A stretch of DNA of 64,000 nucleotides from Longimicrobiales bacterium. GTDB lineage: Bacteria; Gemmatimonadota; Gemmatimonadetes; Longimicrobiales; Gaopeijiaceae. Shown here piece by piece: positions 19,510-30,258 of the stretch. Made by a program: the position numbers and the translations under genes. The notes beneath the pieces were generated by a model. It was not told where the DNA came from. It saw only the letters and a list, made by a program, of their open reading frames with translations, and searched no databases. Positions within the stretch are counted from its first letter, which is position 1, and the number at the start of each line of letters is the position of its first letter. The stretch covers positions 448,001 to 512,000 of the forward strand of contig CBDCKN010000003.1 in NCBI GenBank assembly GCA_965218295.1. Reading direction: 5' to 3'.

Positions 19510-21120
19510 GTGCAGACGCGGATGCCCCCCCCAACGGAGGAGAGCCATGTTGCCGGACTGGACGATCACGTGACGGGATCTTCCGCGGCCGCTCAGTCGA
19601 GCACGATGCAGAAGGTCGGCCTGATCCTTGGTCCGGCTCTGTTCTTCGTGACGACCCTGTTCGACCTCGAGCCGGGGAATCCGGCGGTCACTCGCATGGC
19701 CGCCGTCGCCCTCCTCATGGCCACCTGGTGGATCACGGAGGCGATCCCGCTTTTCGCGACCGCGCTTCTTCCCCTGGTGCTTTTTCCCCTCTTGGGGATC
19801 ACACGGGGAGGTGCGACCGCGCCCATCTACTTCAACAGCATCATCGTGTTGTTCTTGGGGGGCTTCATGATCGCCTTGACCATGGAGAAGTGGAATCTGC
19901 ACCACCGGATCGCCTTGAAGATCATCAGGACGATCGGGGGAGGGCCGGCCCGGATCGTGCTGGGCTTCATGGTGGCGGCGGCGTTCCTGTCGATGTGGAT
20001 CTCCAATACCGCCACGGCGATCATGATGGTGCCCATGGGGCTCGCCATCATCATGGAGTTAGAGGAGGACTTCGGGGCCGAGGTCACGCACCCCTTCTCG
20101 GTGGGCCTCATGCTCGCCATCGGGTACGCGTGCTCCGTGGGCGGCCTCGCGACGCTGGTGGGGACGCCGCCCAACCTGTCCTTCGTGCAGATCTTCCAGA
20201 TCACCTTCCCCGACGCGCCGGCCATCTCGTTCGTCCAGTGGATGCTTCTGGGACTCCCCATCTCGGTGACGATGCTGGGGATCATCTGGCTCCTCATCAC
20301 GAAGGTCTTCTTCCGGGTGCCCGAACACGTCACGGTGGATCGTGAAGTGGTGGACAAGCAGGCTGCAGCGCTGGGACCCGTGACCTACGAGGAGAAGGCG
20401 GTCCTCGTGGTCTTCGCGCTCACAGCATTCCTCTGGGTATTCAGGGTCCCCATTCAGCTCGGGTTCATCACGATCCCGGGCTGGTCCCAGTTGCTCCCGT
20501 TCTCCGGACTCATCGACGACGGGACGGTAGCCATCACCATGGCGACCATCCTGTTCCTGATCCCGAGCCGGACTCCCGGCGCCGCCTACCCGACCCTCGC
20601 GGGCAAGGACCTCATCCCCCGGTTGCCCTGGAACATCGTGCTCCTCTTGGGGGGAGGCTTCGCCTTGGCCTACGGGTTTCAGGTCACGGGCCTGTCGACG
20701 TTCATCGGGAGCCAGTTCGCCGGACTCGCCGGGGTCTCACCGTTCGTGGTGATTGTCGTCGTCTGCCTGACGCTGATGTTCCTGACGGAGCTGACCTCCA
20801 ATACGGCCACCACCCAGATGATCCTCCCCATCCTGGCCTCGGTAGCCGTCGACTCGAACGTCCACCCCTTGATGCTGATGATCCCGGCCACCCTGTCGGC
20901 GTCCTGCGCATTCATGATGCCCGTGGCGACTCCGCCCAACGCCATCATCTTCGGGAGTGATCGAGTCCGGATCCCCGAGATGGCGCGCATCGGATTCGTG
21001 CTGAACCTCATCGGCGTCCTGGTGATCTCGCTGTTGTTCCTCCTCGTGGGGACCGTGGTCTTCGGGATCGACTTCGGGGTCATGCCCGAGTGGGCCACGT
21101 TCGAGGGGACGGGGCAGTAG
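19510..21120 (+). CDS. DASS/SLC13 family sodium:dicarboxylate (or sulfate) symporter
   Basis: WWITEAIP, SMWISNTAT, GTPPN, TELTSNTAT, PVATPPNAI. Confidence 0.93.
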   Translation: MQTRMPPPTEESHVAGLDDHVTGSSAAAQSSTMQKVGLILGPALFFVTTLFDLEPGNPAVTRMAAVALLMATWWITEAIPLFATALLPLVLFPLLGITRGGATAPIYFNSIIVLFLGGFMIALTMEKWNLHHRIALKIIRTIGGGPARIVLGFMVAAAFLSMWISNTATAIMMVPMGLAIIMELEEDFGAEVTHPFSVGLMLAIGYACSVGGLATLVGTPPNLSFVQIFQITFPDAPAISFVQWMLLGLPISVTMLGIIWLLITKVFFRVPEHVTVDREVVDKQAAALGPVTYEEKAVLVVFALTAFLWVFRVPIQLGFITIPGWSQLLPFSGLIDDGTVAITMATILFLIPSRTPGAAYPTLAGKDLIPRLPWNIVLLLGGGFALAYGFQVTGLSTFIGSQFAGLAGVSPFVVIVVVCLTLMFLTELTSNTATTQMILPILASVAVDSNVHPLMLMIPATLSASCAFMMPVATPPNAIIFGSDRVRIPEMARIGFVLNLIGVLVISLLFLLVGTVVFGIDFGVMPEWATFEGTGQ

Positions 21121-21182
21121 GACGGGCGTACGGCCCTGATCGGGAAAGTTACGTACCGGAGACTGGGGAGTATGTAGCAGGA

Positions 21183-23513
21183 CTACCGTGGCCAGCCCGG
21201 CACCATCACGGGTGCCGTCACCGGCGCCCCCGCCGCCACCCCTACCTGGCCCGAAGCGTTGAGCCCCCAGCAATAGATCTCGCCGAGACCGTTGAGGCCG
21301 CAGGTGTGATCTCCGATACCGGGCAGGAGAAGCGAGATGCCGTGCTGATCGGGCGCCGGCAGAAGGAAGGGTGCGGACTGGTTGATCATTGAACTAATCC
21401 CCAGCTGGCCCGACGCATTGAGCCCCCAGCAGTACGTAAGCCCGCCTACCAGGCCACATGTGTGTCCGCCCCCCGCGGTGATGCTCGTGAAGGTGTGTAA
21501 ACCCAAGACGAGCGTCGGAGTCGGGTTGGCCTGAGGCACGGCAACGCCCGCCCCGAGGGATCCGCTGACGTCCTCGCCCCAGCAGTAGCCCGCGCCCCCG
21601 CCCGCGCCGGCCTGGGTGACTCCGCAGCTGTAGCCGGCCCCTGCGGAAACGTTGGAGAAAAGGAGCGGCCCACTCACGACCGCTATAGGCACCGTGCGGG
21701 TGATCTGCGTTCCGATTCCGAGCTGTCCCTGGTCGTTGAGACCCCAGCAGTACGCGATTCCGCCGAGGGTCACAGCGCACGTGTGATCCCTGCCAGCGCT
21801 GATCTCCTGGAAGGCCACGCCTGCCACGGCGACAGGCGTCAGAGCGTCGGTGAGACCGGCGTTGCCCAGCTGTCCGCTGGTCCCCTGCCCCCAGCAATAG
21901 GCCGCACCGGTCCCGTCCAAGGCGCAGGTGTGGGCCTCTCCGGCACTGATACGCACGAAGTGGAGGTTGCCGCTCACCTTCGTCACGGCGGACCGACCGA
22001 CAACCGTCCCATCCCCAATCTGCCCGTCGGTGTTGAGCCCCCAACAGTAGGCCTCCCCATTGGCGTCGAGGCCGCATGTGTGTCCGCCACCCGCCGAAAC
22101 CCGCATGAGGGTCGGACCGCTGATCAGAAGAGGCGCGGAGCTGAACGCGGGGCCAGACCCCAACTGCTGACTGAGATTACTGCCCCAACAATGCCAGGCC
22201 CCATCGGAGCCGGCGCGCGCACAATTGTGGGCATTGCCCACCGTAAGGGATGCCCCGAGACCAACCTGAAGGAACGACTCGGCCGTGAAGGCGACCGTTC
22301 CCGCCACACCCGCCGTAGATACCGTGACCGATGTGGTGCCAGCCGTGGCAGGCAGCGTGAGGACGGTGCTCGCCAGACCGTTGGCGTCGCTGCCAACCGA
22401 TACCGGGCTGACGGAGCCGGAGCTCGCCGCGAACGTCACCAGGACAGCCGGCACCGGGTTGCCTGAAGCATCCTCCACTTTGGCGACCAGCGGGATCGGC
22501 AGAGTGGAAGAGGCGATTCCCACCTGCCCATCACCTGAAACCTTCTGGAGGACCGCCGGAGCGCCAGCGAGTGACGTGGCGGTAAACGTCTCGCTCAGGC
22601 CCAGGTTGGGGACGGAGGCCGTGACGGTGACCGGCCCCGCGGTGGCTGGAAACGTGAGGGACGTACTCGCGAGCCCATCTTCGTCGGTGACGGAGGTCGC
22701 CGGGCTCACTGATCCGACGCTCACGGAGAACTCCACGGTCACACCCACGGACGGATTCCCCAACGCGTCCACCAGCTTGACCACGAGCGGGAACGCCAGA
22801 GTCGTGAGAACGACACCGGCTTGCCCATCGCCCGCGATCTTCGTGATGCTGACCGCCGGCCCGGCAACGCCCGTAGCGGAGAACTCCACCGAGAACTGTG
22901 CAAAGGCCGCCCTCATGCGATGGGCCCCCAAGAGAACGCCAAGAGTCCATCGGGCGCTGGCACGCCCGTCCTGCCCGGTCGAGGAGCCACCTTCGACCGA
23001 GCCTCCTCCCCCCGTGACGGAGAATTGAATCACACGATTCGGCACCGGGCTGCCCATGGCGTCCGTCAGTAAGACCTCGGGCTACACCGGAAGCGCTTGA
23101 TCCACGATTCCGGTCTGTCCGTCGCCACCCACCTTCTCGAGGGCAGCGGGCTGCTGCTGGACCTGGAGTACGACGGCCCCACTCGCCGAGCCGGCCGTCG
23201 CCGTGATCACACTGGTCCCCTCGCCTCGGGCTGTGACGATGCCGGATATGGGGCCGGCGCTGCTCACCTCGGCCACGGAGAGGTTACTCGAGGACCAGGT
23301 CACGGACTGTCCAGCGAGTACGTTCCCGTTCTGGTCCCGCACCTCTGCGAGGGCCTGGGTCGTCTCGCCCACCGCGGCGAGGATGACCTTGGACAAGATG
23401 ACAATCAGAGACGAGGGAACCAGGGGATCCACTCCCCCACCTCCGCCGTCCCCCTTGCAGCCCGTCATCACCAGGAGAAGCCCTAGGGCGACGGCCTTGT
23501 CGGTACGTGTCAT
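21183..23513 (-). CDS. Surface lipoprotein with Ig-like (Big) domains and RCC1 repeats; in-frame TAG at 23082-23084
   Basis: ATG 23513 with lipobox VMTGC; 'GDGQxG' Big-1 repeats; RCC1 repeats 'AGxxHTC...YCWGxNxxGQLG'. The two ORF-track pieces share a frame across one TAG. Confidence 0.8.
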
Positions 23514-23638
23514 CCGCTGACCTCGTTGCAGGATCGTGCGGCGAGCCCAGGCCAAGCTACCTTCGTTCTGGTGGCGGCCGAAAGCGTTTCGTCGCATGCC
23601 CACCCGTATCGACATCAAGTCGAGAGAGCAAATCATCC

Positions 23639-24367
23639 ATGAGACGTGTCATCCGCCTCTCCATACTGGCGGTCGGGATCGCTGGAGTGGGACTCTACAT
23701 CTAGACCCGCGACGGCTGTGGCCGGAGCGGCGCCACGGCCTGTCCGGACGCCCATCTGGTGAACGGTCTCGGGACGGTGGTGGCCCGGAGCGACACGTGC
23801 GCCGGTGCGGGCTATCTCTGCGTCGGTGACGACAGAGCAGAATTCCAGGTCATGCGCTGGGCTCTGTCCAAAGGGCGCCTCAGGGTGCGGGTGCCCATTC
23901 CCGATATCCCCGACAGGGAGGAGGCTCGCCTCCTCCGTGCTGCAGCCGTCGAGGGCATCCGCATGTGGGACGGTCATCCCTTCCCCCTCTCGATCGACAC
24001 CAGTCCCATCCCCTGGAGGCTATGGGACATCGAGCTCTTCTGGGTTCGTCTACCGGAGTTCAGAGGCGGCTCCGTCGGTCTCGCCCGGGCCGAGTGGCGC
24101 GTGAGGAACGGCGAACCGCAGTTCTCCGTCAAGAACATCTCGGCGGTCACGCAGGACTACCGGAATCCGGGGCGGCACGCCCCCTCCGAGGTCGTTGCGG
24201 CCGTGGCGGCACACGAGATGGGACACGCACTGGGCATCCTTCACCACAGCGACCGCGCCTCGGACATTCTCTATCCTTCAGACGAAGGATCCCAGCGGGT
24301 CTCAGCCAGGGACCTCGAGACCGTGGAGGCGCTCTACCGGCTGCCGAACGGAGCCCTGGTCCGGTGA
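23639..24367 (+). CDS. Matrixin (M10-like) zinc metalloprotease; in-frame TAG at 23702-23704 after the signal/anchor segment
   Basis: HEMGHALGILHH zinc motif; MRRVIRLSILAVGIAGVGLYI* is in frame with the 23759 ORF. Confidence 0.75.
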
Positions 24368-24477
24368 CGGGCGTCGCCGGGCGGCTCGTGCGGCGACCTC
24401 GAGTTGCTCTTCAGAGAGCGTACGTATCTTTACATCGTGAGTATACGTACGAGGCGGTGCTGGGGCGGTAACAGCAG

Positions 24478-24510
24478 ACCCCCCCGGCGCCCTCTGAGCG
24501 CCGGGGGGGT
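24478..24510. terminator. Strong hairpin between convergent genes
   Basis: acccccccggcgc-cctctga-gcgccgggggggt, perfect 13-bp stem. Confidence 0.7.
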
Positions 24511-24532
24511 TGTCTCGGTCGGCCCGACGGGA

Positions 24533-25789
24533 TCAGCGATGCAACCGCAACTCCCGGAAGTCGTCCCACTCCACGCGATGTGTGCTTCCGTCCTCAGCGC
24601 GGATGGTGATGCCCCGGTTCCCCGGATTCACGTCGTTGGTGCCGGACAGTTGGAAGGTGCGACCGTCCACCAGCTCCACAGCGGCGCTGTAGCCCCGCTT
24701 CGCGATGGAGGTGATCTGGCTGAACTCGACGGTGAAATCGATGCCCTTGTAGTCGCCGTCCAGCATCTCCCAGGTATACTCCTCGTCGTTATCCCAGCGG
24801 ATGTCACCCGTGAGCTCCTCACCCGACTCGGTGACCACGGTGCCACGGATGGGGCGGCCACCGTCGAACTCCTCGTAAGTGGTCTGGACCGGAGCCCTGC
24901 GGAAGTGCACCTCGGAGAAGTCCTTCCAGCGGACTTTGACCTGACCCAGCGTCGGGTCGGAAACCGAGATTCCGCGGTTCGTCCGTCCGACGTCGTTTGT
25001 CCCCCTGAGGACCATCTCCTCGCCACTCTCCACGACCACACGGGCCGCTCGGGAGCTCTCGTGCCGGATGGAGATGACGTCGCTGAAGGCGATCTCCCGG
25101 TCGACCCCGTCTTGATCCTTACCGTCGAGGATGTCGGTGGTGAGGATCTCGTCCATGTCCCAGGTCATGTAGCCGGTGAACTCGAGTCCGGCCCGTGTGA
25201 TCAGGGTCCCGTAGAGCCGCTCGCCCCACGGGATGATCCCGTCGGGGGCGGCCATGAACTCCACGGCCTCCAAGTCGCGCCACTTCAGCTCGGCAACGCC
25301 CTGCCGCGGATCGTCAACGACGAGGGCACGCAGTCCCCGGCCCAGATCCGTGCGTCGGCCTCCAAGCTCCTGCTGCTGCCCCGACTTGAGTGTGAACAGG
25401 GCCTCGTGCGAGTTCAGAACGTCGATGCGCCGGACGTGACCGAAGCGGATGCCCGAAAGCGTAGAGCGACGGCCCTTCCAGTCGACGTCCAGCAGATCGG
25501 CCCAACTCCCCTCGTTCCGATCCCAACGGATGTAGCCCTCGAATGCGTCCCCCGACCTGGTGACGACGTTTCCGTAGAGACGGCCGACGAGGGCCGGTCC
25601 CTCCAATCGCTCGACCAGCGGGGCCGGAGCCACCGTGGGGACATCGACCGGAAGGGTGACGGTGTAGGTCCGGTGCTGGTGGGGCGCGGCGTTGGCCAAG
25701 AGAGCCATGGTGCAGGCAAGGCTGAGAACTCCTGCGCCGGCGATGACCGACAGATTCTTGGCGTCTTCTTTGCGCGTCGGCTCTTTCAT
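24533..25789 (-). CDS. Exported/membrane-anchored hypothetical protein with three internal repeats
   Basis: N-terminal hydrophobic segment; three modules of the form GxxxTxxGxxxxGxxxWDxxE...LD. Confidence 0.7.
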   Translation of the reverse strand: MKEPTRKEDAKNLSVIAGAGVLSLACTMALLANAAPHQHRTYTVTLPVDVPTVAPAPLVERLEGPALVGRLYGNVVTRSGDAFEGYIRWDRNEGSWADLLDVDWKGRRSTLSGIRFGHVRRIDVLNSHEALFTLKSGQQQELGGRRTDLGRGLRALVVDDPRQGVAELKWRDLEAVEFMAAPDGIIPWGERLYGTLITRAGLEFTGYMTWDMDEILTTDILDGKDQDGVDREIAFSDVISIRHESSRAARVVVESGEEMVLRGTNDVGRTNRGISVSDPTLGQVKVRWKDFSEVHFRRAPVQTTYEEFDGGRPIRGTVVTESGEELTGDIRWDNDEEYTWEMLDGDYKGIDFTVEFSQITSIAKRGYSAAVELVDGRTFQLSGTNDVNPGNRGITIRAEDGSTHRVEWDDFRELRLHR

Positions 25790-25832
25790 CTTGTCCCCCC
25801 ATCCAGGACCTCGAGACTCTACTGCAGACTAG

Positions 25833-25922
25833 TGTTCCGTTGTCGAAGTTCGCGAGTCACCAAGAGGGCCGGGGCGGATGCACCGTGCCCTCGACTGACC
25901 GAGACACTTTGGTAACGGGACC
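25833..25922. mobile_element. MITE-like element, short copy (90 bp)
   Basis: Same ends as 18785-18944, flanked by CTAG on both sides, lacking the 70-nt internal segment. Confidence 0.75.
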
Positions 25923-26087
25923 CTAGTATCGTACTGGCCTACGGCGAGCGAGTTCCCGTCGAGAACCAGCTGCCCACGGGCGAGGCGGTGCAAAAGATCG
26001 GGGCCGGCATTCTTCCGGTAGGCACGTTCGCGAGGATTCGGACTACACCGTCGTCATGACGCAGGGTACCGCTGGACCCGGCTCGGG

Positions 26088-26588
26088 TCAGGCCGGCGGC
26101 ACGTCTCCCGGCTCCGGCATGTGCGCCAGGTGCAGGTATCCTACCAGGAGGATCGCGGCGAAGAGGTTCACCGCCACCACCATGCCCGGTCCCACGGATT
26201 CCAGCGCCACGACCGAGCCGGACACGGAAACGGTTCCGTAGAACGCCGCGGTGCATAAGGCCGCCACGGCGAGAAGTCGCTTGAGGCCGGCCAAGTACTT
26301 CCAGTCGAAGAGAAGGCTCGCCAGGACCCCCACCAGGGCGAAGGCCAGGAAGTGCAGGATGGTGAAGGTCGCGATCCGGTAGGCCGTCGACAGGCCGGCG
26401 ACGAGACCCGACAGGCTGGTCAGATCCAGCTCGAAGCCGGCGGGGCCGAAGACGGCTCCCGACAGGGCGCCCGGCGTCGCCAGGGGCTGCAACCGTATCA
26501 GATCGAGAACGAAGAAGGAGAGGGCTACCCCTCCGGCGGCGATGGCCCCGGCCTCCGCCCCCCTGACTGCGCGATCGTATTTGCCCAT
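26088..26588 (-). CDS. Hypothetical membrane protein (about 4 TM segments)
   Basis: Four hydrophobic stretches; GGAG upstream of the ATG. Confidence 0.65.
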   Translation of the reverse strand: MGKYDRAVRGAEAGAIAAGGVALSFFVLDLIRLQPLATPGALSGAVFGPAGFELDLTSLSGLVAGLSTAYRIATFTILHFLAFALVGVLASLLFDWKYLAGLKRLLAVAALCTAAFYGTVSVSGSVVALESVGPGMVVAVNLFAAILLVGYLHLAHMPEPGDVPPA

Positions 26589-26879
26589 GGTTCGGCTCCC
26601 TGGAGCGTGTCGATCACCCCTGCCTCACCGATCCGTTACCAACGTGGGTCTATCTGCTCTCCATCGCAACCACGGAGGGGCGCCCTCCTCCCTCACGCTC
26701 ACCGTGATCGCGGCCTCCCACATCCTTAGTCTCTGACGGGGGGGTGTGCAGCGGGCCCTGCTCCTCTTCTTCGGTACCGTGGTGCCGGTAGCCGTTATCT
26801 GGTTCATCAAGCGACGGAAGCGCTGACTCTTCCGCCACCCCTTGACTCTTCTCGGCTTATTCGGTTTACTGAGGGCGTC

Positions 26880-26957
26880 ATGAGAACCTCGACTCAGCAT
26901 CATCGGCACCATCATCACCATCCGCTCACGGGCGGCTGGCTGGAGATGTGCACCTGA
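26880..26957 (+). CDS. hisL: his operon leader peptide (25 aa)
   Basis: MRTSTQHHRHHHHHPLTGGWLEMCT*: 7 His in 8 consecutive codons, directly upstream of a terminator and hisG. Confidence 0.9.
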   Translation: MRTSTQHHRHHHHHPLTGGWLEMCT

Positions 26958-26990
26958 GTTGAGGATCACCTGACGATCTGAGCGCATCTG

Positions 26991-27019
26991 ACGCCGGCCC
27001 TCCGAGGTCGGCGTTTTTT
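26991..27019 (+). terminator. his attenuator intrinsic terminator
   Basis: acgccggcc-ctccga-ggtcggcgt followed by a T run, between the leader and hisG. Confidence 0.88.
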
Positions 27020-27065
27020 CGTTCGCCCACCTCGGAGCTCCGGCGCCGTCCCAACGGAGCTCCAT

Positions 27066-27947
27066 ATGAGCCAAGACAACAGAGACAACGACGACACGCT
27101 TCGCATCGGCCTCCCCAAGGGTCGCATGCAGGAAGCGGTCATGACGCTGCTGGCCGACGCCGGCATCCGGATCACGCCCAGCGCCCGTGGATACCGGCCA
27201 ACGGTCTCCCTACGTCGATGCGAGGCAAAGATCCTGAAGCCGCAAAACATCGTCGAGATGATCGAGCTCGGCAGTCGCGACGTCGGTTTCGCCGGCGCCG
27301 ACTGGGTCGAGGAGATGCGCGCCGACGTGGTCGAGCTCCTCGACACCGAGCTGGATCCCGTCCAAGTGGTTGCGGCGGCACCGAGGGTGCTTCTCAACTC
27401 CAACGAGCTTCCGGCTCGGCGCCTCGTCGTCGCGTCGGAGTACGAACGGCTCACCAAGGAGTGGATCGGAAGTCGGGGCCTCGACGCCGAGTTCGTCCGC
27501 TCCTACGGAGCCACCGAGGTGTTCCCGCCCGAGGACGCGGACGTCATCGTCGACAACACGGCCACCGGAAGCACCTTACGTGCGAACGATCTCGTCGTCG
27601 TGGACACCCTGCTCTCCTCGTCCACCCGCCTCTACGCCAGCCCCACGGCCATGGACGATCCGGCGAAGAAGGGCCGTATCGAGGATCTCCGGCTGCTCCT
27701 GCAGAGCGTCCTCGATGCGAGAAGGCGAGTGATGATCGAGGTGAACGCCCCGGCGGACCGCCTCGACGCCGTGGTCTCGCTCCTTCCCTGCATGCGGGAA
27801 GCCACCGTGGCTCCGCTCTTCGGGAACAGAGGCTACGCGGTGAAGGCGGCGGTCCCGAAGGACCGGCTGCCGGAGATCATCCCTGCCGTGAAGGCGGCTG
27901 GCGGATCCGACGTGGTCGTCACCTCACTGTCCCAGATCGTCCCTTGA
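27066..27947 (+). CDS. hisG: ATP phosphoribosyltransferase, long form
   Basis: [30 protein letters not shown]-terminal regulatory domain. Confidence 0.95.
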   Translation: MSQDNRDNDDTLRIGLPKGRMQEAVMTLLADAGIRITPSARGYRPTVSLRRCEAKILKPQNIVEMIELGSRDVGFAGADWVEEMRADVVELLDTELDPVQVVAAAPRVLLNSNELPARRLVVASEYERLTKEWIGSRGLDAEFVRSYGATEVFPPEDADVIVDNTATGSTLRANDLVVVDTLLSSSTRLYASPTAMDDPAKKGRIEDLRLLLQSVLDARRRVMIEVNAPADRLDAVVSLLPCMREATVAPLFGNRGYAVKAAVPKDRLPEIIPAVKAAGGSDVVVTSLSQIVP

Positions 27948-29660
27948 GCGACCGGCCCTCACTTCCGTCGACCTGGATTCCCAAGGATCCGTATCGGGGC
28001 CCCAGGCCTCGTGACCCCGGCGTTCTCAAGCTGGACGGTAACGAAGGAGCTGCGCCGTCTCCGAGCGTCCTGGCAGGGCTGGCCCATGAGGACGTATCCG
28101 TTTTGCTGGATTATCCCGACCCACGGGGGCTCGAGGCAGATATCGCCGATTGGCTCTGTGTGGATCCGGGACGTGTGGTGGTGACGGCCGGAGCGGACGA
28201 CGCTCTCGACCGGGTCTGCCGGGCGTTCCTGAGGCCCGGGCGACGCATGGTCCTTCCTGTCCCGGCCTTCGAGATGATGTACCGCTTCGCCGCAGCCACC
28301 GGGGGGGAAGTGAAGCCGGTTCCCTGGGAGGGCGACTTCCCCACCGACGCGGTCATCGCGGCCCTGGACGACGACGTCTCCGTCGTCGCAGTGATCTCAC
28401 CCAACAACCCCACGGGCCGCGTGGCGACGGCAGAAGACCTGAAGCGAGTGGCCGACGCCGCCTCCGGGGCCATCGTTCTCTTGGACCACGTCTACGTCGA
28501 CTACGCCGACGAGGATCTCACGGAGTTGGCCACCGAGCTCGAGAACGTGGTCACCGTCCGATCCTTCTCCAAGGCCTGGGGCCTGGCGGGATGCCGGGTG
28601 GGATACGCCATCGCCTCAGAAGAGGTCGCCAACGTGCTCCGGAACGCGGGCATCCCTTTCCCCGTGGCCGGGCTCTCGATCGCTGCGGTGCGTACACAGC
28701 TCCAAGGAGGCCGAACGCTGCTGGATGAGCACGTGAGGCGGATCCGTGGGGGCCGAGACGTGCTGGCTGACACCCTCGCTGGCCTCGGCGCCTCGCCTGC
28801 CCCGTCTCAGGGGAACTTCGTCTTCGCCGACTTCAGCGAGCGCGCCGACCTCGTCTACGATGGGCTGGCGTCGCTGGGGATACGCGTCCGGCGCTTTCCG
28901 CATCGGCCCGAGATCAGAGCCGGGATACGCATGACGGTACCGCAGGGCGCAGAGGAGATGGAGAGGCTTCGAGCCGGCCTGGACACGGTCCTGGCTCCCG
29001 AGGCGTTGCTCTTCGACCTGGACGGGGTGCTAGCCGACGTCGAGGACTCGTATCGACGCTGCGTCCTGGAGACGGCCGGAAGCTTCGGGGTCCAGATCAC
29101 CCGTGGGGACCTGGAGACGGCCGTGCTGGCGGGCGACGCGAACAACGATTGGGTGCTGACCCAGCGCATTCTGGAGGCTCGGGGCGTCGAGGTTCCCCTG
29201 GGCGACGTCACCGAGCACTTTCAGGAGATCTACCTGGGCACGCCACAGAAGCCCGGGCTTCGTGAGTCCGAGCGACTTCTCGTCGGTCGAGACGTGCTGG
29301 CGCGGCTGGCGGCCCGCCTACCCATGGGCATCGTCACCGGCCGCCCGAGGGACGAGGCCGTCTGGTTCCTGGAGAAGACCGGGATATCGGACCTCTTCGG
29401 AGCGGTCGTGTGCCTGGGGGACGCTTCCCTCAAGCCCAATCCTGAACCCGTGCGCGTTGCCCTCGCACGGTTGGGCGTCGAGCGAGCGTGGATGGTGGGT
29501 GACACGCCTGATGACCTCCGTGCCGCCAAGGCCGCAGGAGTCCTTCCGGTGGGATCGTGGCTCCCGGCGACGACCCCACCAACGCCGTTTCGGCCCTCCG
29601 CGACGCCGGAGCGGCCACCGTACTGGACGACGTCACCAATCTCGAGGAGCTACTCCATGA
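27944..29660 (+). CDS. hisC: Histidinol-phosphate aminotransferase fused to a HAD phosphatase (frameshifts near the 3' end)
   Basis: [35 protein letters not shown]; then in the same frame [26 protein letters not shown]. Confidence 0.85.
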
Positions 29661-30258
29661 CCCCGCGCGAGGCCGTAATCGACCGCCGTACCAAGGAGAC
29701 CGAGATCAGCGTCCGGCTGAATTTGGACGGAACCGGAGCCACCCAGGTCGCCACGGGCATCGGGTTCCTGGATCACCTCCTGGACGCACTGGCGAAGCAC
29801 GCCCGCTTCGACCTCGAGCTGAGCTGCAAAGGGGATCTCCTCATCGACGATCACCACACGGCGGAGGACTGTGACTCACGCTCGGCGCTGCGCTGCAGCA
29901 GGCCCTCGGCCCGCGAGTGGGCATCCGTCGCTTCGGCTACGCCTACGCGCCGCTGGACGAGGCTCTGGCACGGGCGGTGGTGGACATCTCGGGACGCCCG
30001 TTCGCGGACGTGAACCTGGGCCTTACCCGGGAGCGGCTGGGTGAGCTCTCGTGCGAGAACATCCCTCATGTCCTGAGCTCCCTTGCGTCCACGGCGGGTC
30101 TGACTCTCCACGTCGACGTGCTCAAGGGCGAGAACGACCACCACCGGGCGGAGGCGGCCTTCAAGGCGGTGGCGTTGGCCCTCCGGGCAGCCATGGAAGC
30201 GTCGGGCTTCGACGACGTGCCCTCCACCAAGGGAAGCCTGGGAGGCGTGGAGCCGTGA
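29657..30258 (+). CDS. hisB: Imidazoleglycerol-phosphate dehydratase (frameshift ~29872)
   Basis: [50 protein letters not shown]. Confidence 0.92.

Noticed and set aside
21183..24367. Genome-wide amber recoding or pyrrolysine
   Set aside because: TAG is the real stop of several conserved genes here (yajQ, the DASS transporter, the Rid protein, the CHRD gene), and no pyl genes are in the window.
24404..25915. Long antisense ORFs (this 503-aa ORF; also 2319-3725, 10025-11302, 51488-53233)
   Set aside because: Shadow ORFs opposite motif-bearing genes, as expected in high-GC DNA.
26625..26838. Small minus-strand ORFs upstream of the his leader
   Set aside because: No recognisable motif or RBS, and they overlap the probable his promoter region.
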